From the NCBI GenBank assembly GCA_046566185.1, contig JBKHXE010000021.1:2053-66052 (forward strand): 64,000 bases of DNA. Direction: 5' to 3'. Positions within the stretch are counted from its first letter, which is position 1, and every line of letters begins with the position of its first letter. This DNA is from Actinomycetes bacterium. Its GTDB lineage: Bacteria; Actinomycetota; Actinomycetes; Actinomycetales; SCSIO-59966. Below the pieces are notes generated by a model, which ran no database searches, was not told where the DNA came from, and was given only the letters and a program-made list of their open reading frames with translations. Of the stretch, positions 16,637-27,672 are shown one piece after another. The translations under genes and the position numbers were made by a program.

Positions 16637-18110
16637 CGGCCGGTCCCTGCAGCACCGTGCCCGTGTGGTCGAACCGCGAGGCGTGGCAGGGACAGTCCCA
16701 GCTGCGCTCGCCGTCGTTCCAGGCGACGAGGCAGCCCAGGTGGGTGCAGCGGGCCGCCACCACGTGCAGGGCGCCGTCGTCGTCCCGGTAGCAGGCCAGG
16801 TGACGGGCACCGACCCGCAGCACGGCGGCCTGGCCCGGCGCGAGGTCCTGGGGCCGTCCCGCGGCGAGGTGGCGCAGGCGGTCGCCGACGGCGTGCGCGG
16901 CGACCCTCGCGTTCTGCGCCGCCAGCGGCCCTGCGGTGCGTGACAGGGTGAACCGGCGCGCGTCCAGCGCCTCGGCCCACGGGTTGACGCGGCCCTCCAC
17001 CTGGTCCGCGAGCACCTCCGCTGCGGCGGTGCCGTTCGTCATCCCCCAGCCGGCGAAGCCGGTCGCGAGCAGCAGCCGGTCGGTGCCGGGCGTGAGGCGC
17101 CCGACGTAGGGCAGCCCGTCCGGGGTCGAGGCGTCCTGGGTCGACCACGTGTAGCGCACCGGCCCGGCCCCCAGGTGCTGGGCCGCCCAGTCGCCCAGTG
17201 CCCGCCACCGGCGCGACGTGTCGCCGCCCTCCCCGACGTGGTGCCCCTCGCCCACGACGACGGCCAGCCGCTCGCCGTCCACCTCGACGGTCCGGGTGGA
17301 GCGGGTCGGCTCGTCGACCGCGAGCGTCATGCCGACGTCCACGCCGTCCGGCAGCACGGCGGCGACGCCGTACGCCCGGTGGTGGGCGAGCTTGGTGAAG
17401 TGCAGTCCCCGGTCCAGGAACGGGACGTGCGTGGCGACGACGACGTGGCCGGCCCGCAGCTCGCCCGCGGTGGTGGAGACGACGCACGGGTCGTCGTCCC
17501 GGACGCCGGTGGCCCGCGCACCCTCGACGACGGTACCGCCGGCGTCCACGACCGCCCGGGCCAGACCGAGGAGGTAGCGCACCGGGTGGAGGCTGACCTG
17601 GTCGGGGAACGAGGCGGCCGCCGCGACCTCGAAGGGCAGCGGCACCTCGTCGGTCTCCTCGACGGCCAGGCCGCAGGCGGCGGCGACCCGGGCCTCGGTG
17701 CGCACGGCGTCCACCGACTGCGGCCCCCGCGCGTAGAGGACGTGCGGACCGGTCGCGAGGTCGCACTCGACGTCCAGCTCGTCGGCGAGGGAGCGGATGC
17801 GCCGCAGCCCGGCGGCGTTGGCCTGGGCGTAGACCCGCGCGGCGTCGTCCCCGAGCCGCTGACCGATGCGGGTCAGCACGGTGCCCTGCGCGACGGTCGC
17901 CTTCACGGTCGAGTGGCCGGTGACGCCGCGGCCCACGCGCCCCGCCTCGACGACGACGACGCGGTGCCCCGCCCGCTGCAGGAGCGCCGCCGTGGTGAGT
18001 CCCACGACGCCGGCGCCGAGCACGGCGACGTCCGCGTCGCGGGGCAGCTCGGACGGGGGCAGCCCCGAGGGCGGCGCGGTGGCGATCCAGGGCGACAGGT
18101 GCTGGGCCAT
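16602..18110 (-). CDS. FAD-dependent oxidoreductase fused to a C-terminal Rieske [2Fe-2S] domain
   Basis: ORF 16602..18323 trimmed to ATG 18110. It has a dinucleotide-binding motif (DVAVLGAGVVGLTTAALLQRAG) and a Rieske signature (CTHLGC...CPCHASRFD). Confidence 0.85.
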   Translation of the reverse strand: MAQHLSPWIATAPPSGLPPSELPRDADVAVLGAGVVGLTTAALLQRAGHRVVVVEAGRVGRGVTGHSTVKATVAQGTVLTRIGQRLGDDAARVYAQANAAGLRRIRSLADELDVECDLATGPHVLYARGPQSVDAVRTEARVAAACGLAVEETDEVPLPFEVAAAASFPDQVSLHPVRYLLGLARAVVDAGGTVVEGARATGVRDDDPCVVSTTAGELRAGHVVVATHVPFLDRGLHFTKLAHHRAYGVAAVLPDGVDVGMTLAVDEPTRSTRTVEVDGERLAVVVGEGHHVGEGGDTSRRWRALGDWAAQHLGAGPVRYTWSTQDASTPDGLPYVGRLTPGTDRLLLATGFAGWGMTNGTAAAEVLADQVEGRVNPWAEALDARRFTLSRTAGPLAAQNARVAAHAVGDRLRHLAAGRPQDLAPGQAAVLRVGARHLACYRDDDGALHVVAARCTHLGCLVAWNDGERSWDCPCHASRFDHTGTVLQGPAVRPLPPASRYA

Positions 18111-18177
18111 CACCCCACCCTCGTGCCCGCAGGGACGTGGCGCATCCGGGCGGACCGGGGCGTGACAGAGTGCGGGC

Positions 18178-19212
18178 ATGGAGTACCGGACCCTGGGCCG
18201 CTCGGGCTGCGCCGTCTCGACGCTGAGCCTCGGAACGATGACCTTCGGCGCGGAGACCGACGAGCAGGGCTCGCTCGCCCAGCTCGACGCCTTCGTCGAG
18301 GCGGGGGGCAACCTCGTCGACATCGCCGACGTCTACGCGGGCGGGACGTCCGAGGAGATCGTCGGGCGGTGGCTCGCCACGCGCCCCAGCGACGTGCGGG
18401 ACCGCGTGGTGCTGGCCACCAAGGGCCGGTTCCCGACCGGCCCCGACGTCAACGACGTCGGCCTGTCGCGTCGGCACCTGCAGCGGGCGCTCGACGCGTC
18501 GCTGCGACGGCTCGGCGTGGACGTCGTCGACCTCTACCAGGTGCACGCGTGGGACCCGGTCACGCCGGTCGAGGAGACGCTGCGCACCCTCGACGACATG
18601 GTGCGCGCCGGCAAGGTGCGGTACGTGGGGCTGTCGAACGTCACCGGGTGGCAGCTGCAGAAGCTCGTCGGCCTCGCGGAGCGGCTCGGGCTCGAGCGTC
18701 CGGTGACCCTGCAGCCGCAGTACAACATGCTGGTGCGCGAGCTGGAGTGGGAGGTCGTGCCGTCCGCGCTGGACGCCGGCCTGGGTCTGCTGCCGTGGTC
18801 CCCGCTGGGGGGCGGCTGGCTCACCGGCAAGTACTCCCCGGACCGGCGGCCCACCGGCGCCACCCGGCTCGGCGAGGACCCGGACCGCGGCGTCGAGGCC
18901 TACGACCGCCGCTCGACGCAGCAGCGCACCTGGGACGTCGTGGAGGCGGTGCGCCGCGTGGCCGACGCCCGCGGCGTCCCCATGGCGCAGGTGGCGCTGG
19001 CATGGCTCGTCGACCGCCCCGGCGTCACGTCGGTGATCCTCGGGGCCCGCACGATCGACCAGCTGGCCGACAATCTCGGCGCGGCCGGGCTTCACCTGAC
19101 GGCCGAGGAGACCGCGGCGCTGGACGCGGCCAGCGACCCGGGCGCCGCGGACTACCCCTACGGCGGCCCGGGCCGCGACCAGCGCAGCCGGGTGCTCAGC
19201 GCAGGGGATTGA
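18178..19212 (+). CDS. aldo/keto reductase
   Basis: ORF 18178..19212, 344 aa. MEYRTLGRSGCAVSTLSLGTMTFG, DIADVYAGGTSEEIVG, VRYVGLSNVTGWQL and LLPWSPLGGGWLTGKY are typical AKR motifs. Confidence 0.9.
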   Translation: MEYRTLGRSGCAVSTLSLGTMTFGAETDEQGSLAQLDAFVEAGGNLVDIADVYAGGTSEEIVGRWLATRPSDVRDRVVLATKGRFPTGPDVNDVGLSRRHLQRALDASLRRLGVDVVDLYQVHAWDPVTPVEETLRTLDDMVRAGKVRYVGLSNVTGWQLQKLVGLAERLGLERPVTLQPQYNMLVRELEWEVVPSALDAGLGLLPWSPLGGGWLTGKYSPDRRPTGATRLGEDPDRGVEAYDRRSTQQRTWDVVEAVRRVADARGVPMAQVALAWLVDRPGVTSVILGARTIDQLADNLGAAGLHLTAEETAALDAASDPGAADYPYGGPGRDQRSRVLSAGD

Positions 19213-20575
19213 CCCCCGACCCGGCCATCACGTACCACGCGGACGCCCCGACGTGCTGCACCGGGAAGTAGCCGAACCCGAAGCCCGTGTCGATCAGGCT
19301 CGAGGCGGCGACGACGCCGGACGACGGCGGCAGCGGGCGACCACCGACGTGCTGCCCGGCACCCAGCACCCGCTGGGCCACCGCGACCTGCTCGAGGAGT
19401 GACGTGACCAGCCGGCGGTCGTGGCCGCCCCATGACCGGTCGCCCATCGAGCAGGCGAGCTGCGCCGTCCCCTCCAGCCACACCCCGGTCGGGTGCACGG
19501 TCGTCCCGTTGTAGGCGGCCGTCGAGGTGAGACTCGCGGAGCTGAAGGTCACCCCGGAGACCGAGACCCCTTCGGGCAGCTGGCTCGTCGGCTGGTCGGA
19601 GGAGTCCGTGGCAGCGAGCTCGGCCGCCGCCCAGTCCAGGCAGCGGGCGAAGCGCCGCTCGCGCAGCGCCAACCAGCTCCAGGTCTGCGGGTCCAGCGGC
19701 AGCGGTGAGCGGTTGACGGTGTCGCCGTCGTTGCTGCCGGTGTAGAAGAACCCTCCCGTCGGGTCCCACATGCGCTCGACGAAGTCGCGGGCGTGCCCGG
19801 CCTTCTCCCGCCACGAGTCGTCACCGGTCGCCGCGGCGAGCTGCCCGAAGAACCCCACGCAGTCGACGTTGTGCTCGGTGGACACGTTGGGGATCGGCCG
19901 GTCGTCGCCGGTGACGCCGAACGCGAAGCCGCCGAGCGACCCCGTCGACTCGGCCCGGTCCGTGATCCAGCCGGCGATGGCCAGGGCGCCGCGCAGGTAG
20001 CGCTCGTCGCCGGTGCGCCGGTACAGCCGCACGAGGGCGATGCCGGGCCAGGCCATGTCACCGACCGCCGTGCCGAGGAAGCCGAACTGCCAGGCGATGT
20101 TCGCGCTGCCGTCCGGCATGGCGAGGCCGTAGGGCTGCGGGGACCCGTCGTAGAACACGTACGGGCCCACGTTGTAGGCCTGGCGCAGCCGCCCGTCTCC
20201 GTAGGCCGGGTCGTGCTGCTGGGCGAAGAGCAGGCCGTCCCCCGCCGCGCGGGCGAGGTCCACATCGTCGGCCGCCAGAGCGGCGCAGATCGCGAGGGCG
20301 TTGTCGTACACGAAGGCCGTGCTGAACAGGCCGAGCTCGTCGGCGTAGCTCTGGGCCAGTCTGGGGCCGCTGCCGTTGACGTCCGGGTAGGCGTCCAGCA
20401 TCGCGCCGAGGAAACCGGTCGCGCGGCGCAGCGACTCCTGCACCGACGCAGCGGAGTGTGGCTCTGCCCGGGCAGGTGGGGCGGTGAGCGAGCCGCCGGC
20501 GATCACGCCGGCGGCACCGAGCAGGACGCTGCGCCGGCTCGGTCGGAGCGCGTGGCCGTCGTACGTACCGTGCAT
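19196..20575 (-). CDS. Tat-secreted hypothetical protein, possibly (alpha/alpha)6-barrel glycoside-hydrolase-like
   Basis: ORF 19196..20608. ATG 20575 is preceded by AGGAGG. There is a twin-arginine signal (SRRSVLLGAAGVIAGGSLTAPPARA). The mature part is rich in W/Y/F/D/G with repeated helical-hairpin-like blocks. The fold assignment is only a guess. Confidence 0.7.
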   Translation of the reverse strand: MHGTYDGHALRPSRRSVLLGAAGVIAGGSLTAPPARAEPHSAASVQESLRRATGFLGAMLDAYPDVNGSGPRLAQSYADELGLFSTAFVYDNALAICAALAADDVDLARAAGDGLLFAQQHDPAYGDGRLRQAYNVGPYVFYDGSPQPYGLAMPDGSANIAWQFGFLGTAVGDMAWPGIALVRLYRRTGDERYLRGALAIAGWITDRAESTGSLGGFAFGVTGDDRPIPNVSTEHNVDCVGFFGQLAAATGDDSWREKAGHARDFVERMWDPTGGFFYTGSNDGDTVNRSPLPLDPQTWSWLALRERRFARCLDWAAAELAATDSSDQPTSQLPEGVSVSGVTFSSASLTSTAAYNGTTVHPTGVWLEGTAQLACSMGDRSWGGHDRRLVTSLLEQVAVAQRVLGAGQHVGGRPLPPSSGVVAASSLIDTGFGFGYFPVQHVGASAWYVMAGSGVNPLR

Positions 20576-20611
20576 GGGACCTCCTGGTGTCGGGAGCGCC
20601 GGAGACACTTC

Positions 20612-20625
20612 TGAAAGCGCTCTCT
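20612..20625. promoter_or_regulatory. LacI/CebR-type operator candidate 1 (TGAAAGCGCTCTCT)
   Basis: A quasi-palindrome centred on GCGC lies in the divergent intergenic region, 37 nt upstream of the 20575 start. Its first 13 nt are the exact reverse complement of 20669..20681. Confidence 0.55.
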
Positions 20626-20667
20626 TGACAGGGAGTGTGCTGCACCGTCAGGCTTCGAGCAAGCGTG

Positions 20668-20681
20668 TGAGAGCGCTTTCA
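20668..20681. promoter_or_regulatory. LacI/CebR-type operator candidate 2 (TGAGAGCGCTTTCA)
   Basis: A 14-bp near-perfect palindrome lies 60 nt upstream of the solute-binding-protein start. It resembles the CebR box TGGGAGCGCTCCCA known from Streptomyces. Confidence 0.55.
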
Positions 20682-20740
20682 TCATTCGGTTCCGGACCGG
20701 ACGGGTCGCGGCTTCGCGGCGCCGTCACGAGAGGTGTGGC

Positions 20741-22027
20741 ATGGACAGGAAGCGAACGACCCTGGTGGGCGGAGCGGCACTGGCCGCCACCGCCGTCCTG
20801 CTGTCCGCATGCAGCGGGCCCGCGGACGGCGACGACGAGGCGGCAGGCGGCTCCGGGCCCGTCGAGCTGACGATCAACGTCTTCGGGGACTCCTTCCCCG
20901 AGGAGCTGTACGCGCAGTACGAGGAGGAGAACCCCGGCGTCACGATCACGGAGAACCGGGCGGACTACGGCACCCACCACAACAACCTGCAGGCCCGCCT
21001 CGCCGCCGGATCCGGCACCGCGGACGTCGAGCTCATCGAGGTCGGGCAGATCGCCGGCTTCATCGGCCAGGCCGACCGCTTCGTGAACTTCCTCGACGAG
21101 GGCGTCGACACCTCCCAGTGGAACGACGCGAAGATCCAGCAGGCGTCGACGCCGGACGGCGAGAGCCTCATCGGTCTCGGCACCGACATCGGCGGTCTGG
21201 CGATCTGCTACCGGACCGATCTCTTCGAGCAGGCCGGCCTGCCCACCGACCGGGACGAGGTCTCGGCGCTGTGGCCGACGTGGGACGACTACGTGGCAAC
21301 CGGCAGCCGCTTCCTCGAGTCGGCGCCGGACGGCGTCAGCTGGATGGACGGCGCGGGCCACCTCTTCACCGGCATGCTCGGGCAGGAGGCTGAGACCTTC
21401 TACGACACGGACGGCGAGATCGTCGTCGCGGACAACCCGGTCGTCCGCGAGGCCTGGGACCTTTCGGTCGAGGCGATCGAGGCAGGCCAGTCCGCCGCCC
21501 TGGCCGAGTTCAGCCCCGAGTGGAACACGGGCTTCCAGCGGGGCCAGTTCGCCACCATCACGTGCCCTTCCTGGATGACCGCCTACATCCGCAACAACGC
21601 CCCGGAGACCGAGGGTCTGTGGGACATCGCCACGGTTCCCGGCGGCTCGGGCAACTGGGGCGGCTCCTTCCTGACCGTCCCGGCCGCCGGTGAGAACGTC
21701 GAGGAGGCCGTGAAGCTGGCCCGCTGGCTGGCGGCGCCCGAGCAGGCCGTCGCGGTGTTCGAGACGTTCGGCAACTTCCCGAGCCCCGTCGACACGTGGG
21801 ACTCACCCGCAGTCGCCGAGAAGACGGACCCGTTCTTCAACGACGCCCCCGTCGGCACGATCTTCCCCGCCTCCTTCGAGTCCCTGCCGCCGCAGGTGCT
21901 CGGCCCGCAGAGCGGCGTCATCGGCGTGACTCTCAACAACGCCCTCAACACCGTGGAGAAGGGCGAGGACCCTGACCGGGCCTGGCAGACGGCCCTCGAC
22001 GACATCGCGGCAGCCACCGCCGGCTGA
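20741..22027 (+). CDS. ABC sugar transporter, extracellular solute-binding lipoprotein
   Basis: ORF 20741..22027, 428 aa. It has a lipoprotein signal ending in LLSAC and a family-1 SBP-like sequence. It is first in an operon with two permeases. Confidence 0.9.
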   Translation: MDRKRTTLVGGAALAATAVLLSACSGPADGDDEAAGGSGPVELTINVFGDSFPEELYAQYEEENPGVTITENRADYGTHHNNLQARLAAGSGTADVELIEVGQIAGFIGQADRFVNFLDEGVDTSQWNDAKIQQASTPDGESLIGLGTDIGGLAICYRTDLFEQAGLPTDRDEVSALWPTWDDYVATGSRFLESAPDGVSWMDGAGHLFTGMLGQEAETFYDTDGEIVVADNPVVREAWDLSVEAIEAGQSAALAEFSPEWNTGFQRGQFATITCPSWMTAYIRNNAPETEGLWDIATVPGGSGNWGGSFLTVPAAGENVEEAVKLARWLAAPEQAVAVFETFGNFPSPVDTWDSPAVAEKTDPFFNDAPVGTIFPASFESLPPQVLGPQSGVIGVTLNNALNTVEKGEDPDRAWQTALDDIAAATAG

Positions 22028-22081
22028 CCACCCCGGGCGGCACCGCCGACCCCGGCGGCGCCGCCCCCGCCCCCGCCCCCG

Positions 22082-23080
22082 ATGAACAGGAGAGCCGCCA
22101 TGGCGGTCACCCAGCGGCTGCACGCGCGACGGCGACCCGGCCCCGACGCCGGGCCGGCGGTCCCCGGCAGCCGTCCGTCCCGCCGGCACCGGTTCGACGT
22201 CCACGGCGCGCCGTACGTGCTCGTGGCGCCCTTCTTCGTGCTGTTCGCCGTCGTGGGCGTGTTCCCGCTGCTCTACACGGGCTACGTCTCGCTCACCGCG
22301 TGGAACCCCCGTCGTCCCGGCAGCGAGGCCGAGTTCGTCGGCCTGGAGAACTACCGGACGCTCCTCGCGGACGAGAACTTCTGGAATGCGCTGATCAACA
22401 CGTTCGGCATCGGCGTGCTGTCCACGGTGCCGCAGCTCCTCCTCGCGCTCTGGATCGCGCACCTGCTCAACTACCGGATCCGCGGCCGGCTGTTCTTCCG
22501 CATGGGCGTGCTCGTGCCCTACGTCACGAGCGTGGCCTCGGTCGCCCTGATCTTCGGACAGCTGTTCGCCCGTGACTTCGGGCCGGTCAACTGGGTCCTC
22601 GGGCTCGTGGGCCTCGATCCGGTGGACTGGGACAGTGGCCGCCTCGCCTCCTGGACCGCGGTCTCCGTGATGGTGATCTGGCGGTGGACGGGGTACAACG
22701 CGCTCATCTACCTGGCGTCCCTGCAGGCGATCCCCTACGAGCTCTACGAGGCCGCCTCGGTGGACGGCGCCTCGCGATGGCGCCAGTTCTGGCACATCAC
22801 CGTGCCCGGTCTGCGCCCGACGATCATCTTCACGATGGTCGTGTCGACGGTCGGCGCGCTGCAGCTGTTCGGCGAGCCGTTGCTCTTCGACACGTCCCGC
22901 AGCGCCAACGGCGGCACCGGCCGGGAGTTCCAGACGGCCGTTCTCTACCTGTACCAGCAGTTCTGGTTCAACGGCCGCTACGGCTACGCGTCGGCGGTGG
23001 CCTGGGGACTGTTCGCCGTCATCGTCGTCATCGTCGCCGTGAACCTCCTGCTGGCACGACGCATCCGCTCCGAGGACTGA
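22082..23080 (+). CDS. carbohydrate ABC transporter permease (MalF/CebF-like)
   Basis: ORF 22082..23080, 332 aa. The product is polytopic with the EAA-loop region [25 protein letters not shown]. Confidence 0.9.
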   Translation: MNRRAAMAVTQRLHARRRPGPDAGPAVPGSRPSRRHRFDVHGAPYVLVAPFFVLFAVVGVFPLLYTGYVSLTAWNPRRPGSEAEFVGLENYRTLLADENFWNALINTFGIGVLSTVPQLLLALWIAHLLNYRIRGRLFFRMGVLVPYVTSVASVALIFGQLFARDFGPVNWVLGLVGLDPVDWDSGRLASWTAVSVMVIWRWTGYNALIYLASLQAIPYELYEAASVDGASRWRQFWHITVPGLRPTIIFTMVVSTVGALQLFGEPLLFDTSRSANGGTGREFQTAVLYLYQQFWFNGRYGYASAVAWGLFAVIVVIVAVNLLLARRIRSED

Positions 23081-23091
23081 GAGGCCATCCC

Positions 23092-23964
23092 GTGACGACC
23101 ACCACCCTCCTCACCACCAGGCCCGTCCGCCGCTCACGCGTCGGTGTCGACACGGCGAGCCGGTCGACCTACGTCGCCCTGGCCGTCCTGGTCCTGCTCT
23201 CGGTGTTCCCCCTCTACTGGTCCGTCGTCGTGGCGTCGAACGACCAGTCGACCATCGGTCGGTACCCGCCGACACTGGTGCCCGGGTCCCAGCTGTGGGA
23301 CAACGTCGTCCGCGCCTTCGACCAGGCGAGCTTCGGCACCGCGCTGCTGAACTCGGTACTCGTCTGCGGCACCATCACGCTCTCCGTGCTGCTGACGAGC
23401 ACCCTGGCGGGCTTCGCGTTCGCCAAGCTGCGGTTCCGCGGCCGGAACGCGCTGTTCGGCGTCGTCGTCGGCACGATGCTCATCCCGACCCAGTTGGGCG
23501 TCATCCCGCTCTACATCATGGTCACGCAGTGGTTCGGCTGGGCGAACGACCTCAGGGCCGTGGCCCTCCCGTCGCTGGTCACCGCCTTCGGCGTCTTCTT
23601 CATGCGCCAGTACCTGGTGACGGCCCTGCCCACCGAGCTGATCGAGGCGGGCCGGGTGGACGGCGCCAACACGCTGCGCCTCTACTGGAACATCGTGCTG
23701 CCGGTGGCGCGGCCCGCCGCAGCCGTCCTCGGGCTGCTGACCTTCATCACCTACTGGAACGACCTGTTCTGGCCGCTCATCGTCCTGAACTCCCAGAACC
23801 CGACGGTGCAGGTGGCGATCTCCAACCTGGCCAGCGGCATCCAGGTCGACTACTCGCTCACCCTCACGGGGGCCGTCATCGGCACCTTTCCCATGCTCAT
23901 CGTCTTCCTCCTGCTCGGCCGCCAGATCATCGGCGGGATCATGACGGGCGCGGTGAAGGGATGA
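23092..23964 (+). CDS. carbohydrate ABC transporter permease (MalG/CebG-like)
   Basis: The 3' 290 codons of ORF 22684..23964, from GTG 23092. The EAA loop is [25 protein letters not shown]. Confidence 0.9.
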   Translation: MTTTTLLTTRPVRRSRVGVDTASRSTYVALAVLVLLSVFPLYWSVVVASNDQSTIGRYPPTLVPGSQLWDNVVRAFDQASFGTALLNSVLVCGTITLSVLLTSTLAGFAFAKLRFRGRNALFGVVVGTMLIPTQLGVIPLYIMVTQWFGWANDLRAVALPSLVTAFGVFFMRQYLVTALPTELIEAGRVDGANTLRLYWNIVLPVARPAAAVLGLLTFITYWNDLFWPLIVLNSQNPTVQVAISNLASGIQVDYSLTLTGAVIGTFPMLIVFLLLGRQIIGGIMTGAVKG

Positions 23965-25376
23965 CGCGGCCCTCGCGTTCCTTTCCGGACGACTTCCGCT
24001 GGGGCGCCTCGACCGCCGCCTACCAGATCGAGGGCGCCGCAACCGCCGGCGGTCGCGGGCCGTCCATCTGGGACGTGTTCTCCCGCCGGCCGGGTGCCGT
24101 CCTGAACGGCGACACCGGCGACGTGGCGGCCGACCACTACCGGCTGTTCCGCGAGGACGTCGCGCTGATGGTCGACCTCGGGCTGCCGACGTACCGCTTC
24201 TCGGTCAGCTGGCCCCGGGTTCGTCCCACGGGTCGCGGACCGGTCAACGCCGAGGGCCTGGGGTTCTACGACCGGCTCGTCGACGCGCTGCTCGAGGCCG
24301 GCATCACCCCGTTCGTCACGCTGTACCACTGGGACCTGCCGGTGGAGCTCGAGGACGCCGGCGGGTGGCCGCTGCGCGACACCGCCGAGCGGTTCGCCGA
24401 CCACGCCGCTGTCGTGGCGACGCACCTCGGTGACCGGGTGCGGCACTGGCAGACCCTCAACGAGCCGTGGGTGGCGGCCTTCCTCGGCTACGCCGCAGGC
24501 GTCCACGCGCCGGGTCGCACCGAGCCTGCGGCGGCGCTGGCGGCGGCGCACCACCTCCTCCTCGGCCACGGCCTGGCGGCCCGGGCGATGCGCGAGGTGC
24601 TCCCGGCCGGCAACGAGATCTCGTTGACGCTCAACCAGACCGCCGTCCGCGCCGCGAGCGGGTCCCCGGCGGACCGGCAGGCGGCGCGGAGGGTCGACGG
24701 CCTGATGGCCCGGCTGTTCCTCGAACCGCTGGTGCACGGCCGGTACCCGGTGGACGTGCAGGAGCTCACCCGTCACCTCACCGACTGGAGCTTCGTGCGG
24801 GACGGCGACCTCACCCTGGTGGCCGGGTCGCTGGATGCGCTGGGCGTCAACTACTACGCGCCCACCGTCGTGCGGGCCCGTGCGTGCGACGAGACGGTCG
24901 ACGCCGGCACCGCCGCCTACCCCGGGTGCGACGACGTCGTCTTCGTCGAGGTCGACGGGCCGCGAACGGGGATGGGCTGGCCCATCGACGCCACCGGCCT
25001 CACCGAGGTGCTGGTCCGCCTCGCCACCGACGCCCCCGGCCTCCCGCTGCTGGTGACGGAGAACGGCGCTGCGTTCCCGGACGACCCACAGGTCGGAGTC
25101 ACCTCGGACCCTCGCCGGGTGGCGTACCTGCACGACCACGTCTCCGCCGCGCTCGACGCGATCGAGGCCGGCGTCGACCTGAGGGGCTACTTCGTGTGGT
25201 CGCTGCTGGACAACTTCGAGTGGGCCGAGGGGTACAGCCAGCGGTTCGGCCTCGTCCACGTCGACTACGCGACACAGCGCCGGACACCCCGCGACAGCGC
25301 ACGCTGGTTCAGCACCGTGATCCGACACAATGGCGTCGTCGTCCCGGACACGACGAAGGAGGAGCACACCGCGTGA
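23961..25376 (+). CDS. GH1 beta-glucosidase
   Basis: The 3' 471 codons of ORF 23295..25376. ATG 23961 overlaps the upstream stop (ATGA). GH1 signatures are present: [21 protein letters not shown] (acid/base Glu) and [10 protein letters not shown] (nucleophile Glu). Confidence 0.92.
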   Translation: MTRPSRSFPDDFRWGASTAAYQIEGAATAGGRGPSIWDVFSRRPGAVLNGDTGDVAADHYRLFREDVALMVDLGLPTYRFSVSWPRVRPTGRGPVNAEGLGFYDRLVDALLEAGITPFVTLYHWDLPVELEDAGGWPLRDTAERFADHAAVVATHLGDRVRHWQTLNEPWVAAFLGYAAGVHAPGRTEPAAALAAAHHLLLGHGLAARAMREVLPAGNEISLTLNQTAVRAASGSPADRQAARRVDGLMARLFLEPLVHGRYPVDVQELTRHLTDWSFVRDGDLTLVAGSLDALGVNYYAPTVVRARACDETVDAGTAAYPGCDDVVFVEVDGPRTGMGWPIDATGLTEVLVRLATDAPGLPLLVTENGAAFPDDPQVGVTSDPRRVAYLHDHVSAALDAIEAGVDLRGYFVWSLLDNFEWAEGYSQRFGLVHVDYATQRRTPRDSARWFSTVIRHNGVVVPDTTKEEHTA

Positions 25377-26398
25377 GCACCGCCCAGCGGCCCCGCCGGC
25401 GTGAGCCCACCCTGGCGACGGTCGCCACGCTCGCGGGCGTCTCCCCGGCCACCGTCTCACGCGTCGTCAACGGGACGTCCAACGTCACGCCGGGCGTGCG
25501 TGAGGCCGTCGAGTCGGCGATCGAGCAGCTGGGCTACGTGCCGAACCGGGCCGCGCGGTCGCTGGTCACCCGGCGCACCGACTCGATCGCCCTCGTGGTG
25601 CGCGAGCCCGTCGAGTTCGGTGTCGCGGACCCCTATCTGTCGAGCATCGTCGTCGCCGCCAGCCAGTCCCTGCTGGGCACCGGTGTACAGCTCGTCGTGA
25701 TGCTCGCGCAGGACGACGAGCACCACGCCCAGGTGAGCAGCTTCGTGCGGGCCGGCCACGTGGACGGCGTCATCCTCGTGTCGGTGCACGGTGACGACCC
25801 GCTGCCGGGTCAGCTGGTGCGTGCACGGATCCCCTTCGTCATGGGGGGCCGCCCGTCGACCCCGCTGCCCGGCGCCACCTACGTGGACGTCGACAACCGG
25901 CTCGGCGCCCGCCTCGCCACCGAGCGCCTGCTCGCCACCGACCACCGGCGCATCGCCACCATCGCCGGACCGCCGGACATGACCGCCGCCACGGACCGTC
26001 TCGCGGGGTTCCGTGAGGCACTGCACGAGGCGGGGGTCGCTGCGGCCGGGGTGGTGCACGGGCGCTTCACCCGCGAGTCGGGTGTCGCGGCGATGCGCGA
26101 GCTGCTCGAGACCGAGCCCGACGTCGAGGCGGTGTTCGCGGCGAACGACCTCATGGCGGTGGGCGCCCTGTCGGCCCTGCGCGCCGCCGGGCGCCGCGTG
26201 CCCGACGACGTCGCCGTCGTCGGCTTCGACGACATCGCCCTCGCGCAGGACGTCGACCCCGCCCTCACCACCGTGCACCAGCCGGTCGCCGAAGAGGCGC
26301 GGGTCATGACGCGCGAGGTGCTGCGCCAGATCGGGGGCGAGCCGGCCGGGGAGCCGGTCGTGCTACCGCCTCGCCTGGTCGTGCGCGCCTCCGGCTGA
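25373..26398 (+). CDS. LacI-family transcriptional regulator (CebR/CelR-like)
   Basis: The 3' 341 codons of ORF 24467..26398. GTG 25373 overlaps the upstream stop (GTGA). It has an N-terminal HTH ([22 protein letters not shown]) and a periplasmic-binding-protein-like core. Confidence 0.9.
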   Translation: MSTAQRPRRREPTLATVATLAGVSPATVSRVVNGTSNVTPGVREAVESAIEQLGYVPNRAARSLVTRRTDSIALVVREPVEFGVADPYLSSIVVAASQSLLGTGVQLVVMLAQDDEHHAQVSSFVRAGHVDGVILVSVHGDDPLPGQLVRARIPFVMGGRPSTPLPGATYVDVDNRLGARLATERLLATDHRRIATIAGPPDMTAATDRLAGFREALHEAGVAAAGVVHGRFTRESGVAAMRELLETEPDVEAVFAANDLMAVGALSALRAAGRRVPDDVAVVGFDDIALAQDVDPALTTVHQPVAEEARVMTREVLRQIGGEPAGEPVVLPPRLVVRASG

Positions 26399-26610
26399 TC
26401 GCCTCGCCCTCACCGAGACCGGCACGGCCACGACGTCGGCCAGCGCCCGCGGGGCAGCCGATCCCTGGGGCGCGAACCTCCGCGAGACGACGCGCTCGCA
26501 CTCCCGCAGGGCCGCGAGGTGCAGCAGCCGGCCGTCGTGGTCGAGGACGGCCGCCCCGGTGGTCCCGCGGGCGCCCCACGCCAGGTCGAGACCGACGGCG
26601 CGCCAGCCGG

Positions 26611-26614
<4 letters not shown>
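26363..26614 (-). pseudogene. probable truncated remnant of a DUF429 (RNase-H-fold) gene
   Basis: The in-frame GTG 26614 overlaps the modC stop (GTGA). Its first ~35 aa (VTGWRAVGLDLAWGARGTTGAAVLDHDGRLLHLAAL) resemble the DUF429 N-terminus as I recall it. The ORF is only 83 aa, degenerates into Arg/Ala-rich sequence, and overlaps the convergent LacI gene by 36 nt. Confidence 0.3.

Positions 26615-27668
<1,054 letters not shown>

Positions 27669-27672
<4 letters not shown>

Noticed and set aside
16435-19095. An 886-aa minus-strand ORF spanning the FAD/Rieske and aldo/keto reductase genes. Similar long alternate-frame ORFs include 17175..19271, 27991..31176, 43320..45950, 46521..48548, 50230..53700, 54993..58064 and 55264..58806.
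   Set aside because: All give Arg/Pro/Gly/Ala-dominated translations and overlap frames with recognisable domains or far better composition. This is the classic high-G+C open-frame artefact.
20625-20630. A consensus TTGACA hexamer next to operator candidate 1, considered as a -35 box.
   Set aside because: No convincing -10 element (TANNNT) lies 16 to 19 nt downstream on that strand (TCAGGC at 20648..20653). It is not sufficient for a promoter call.
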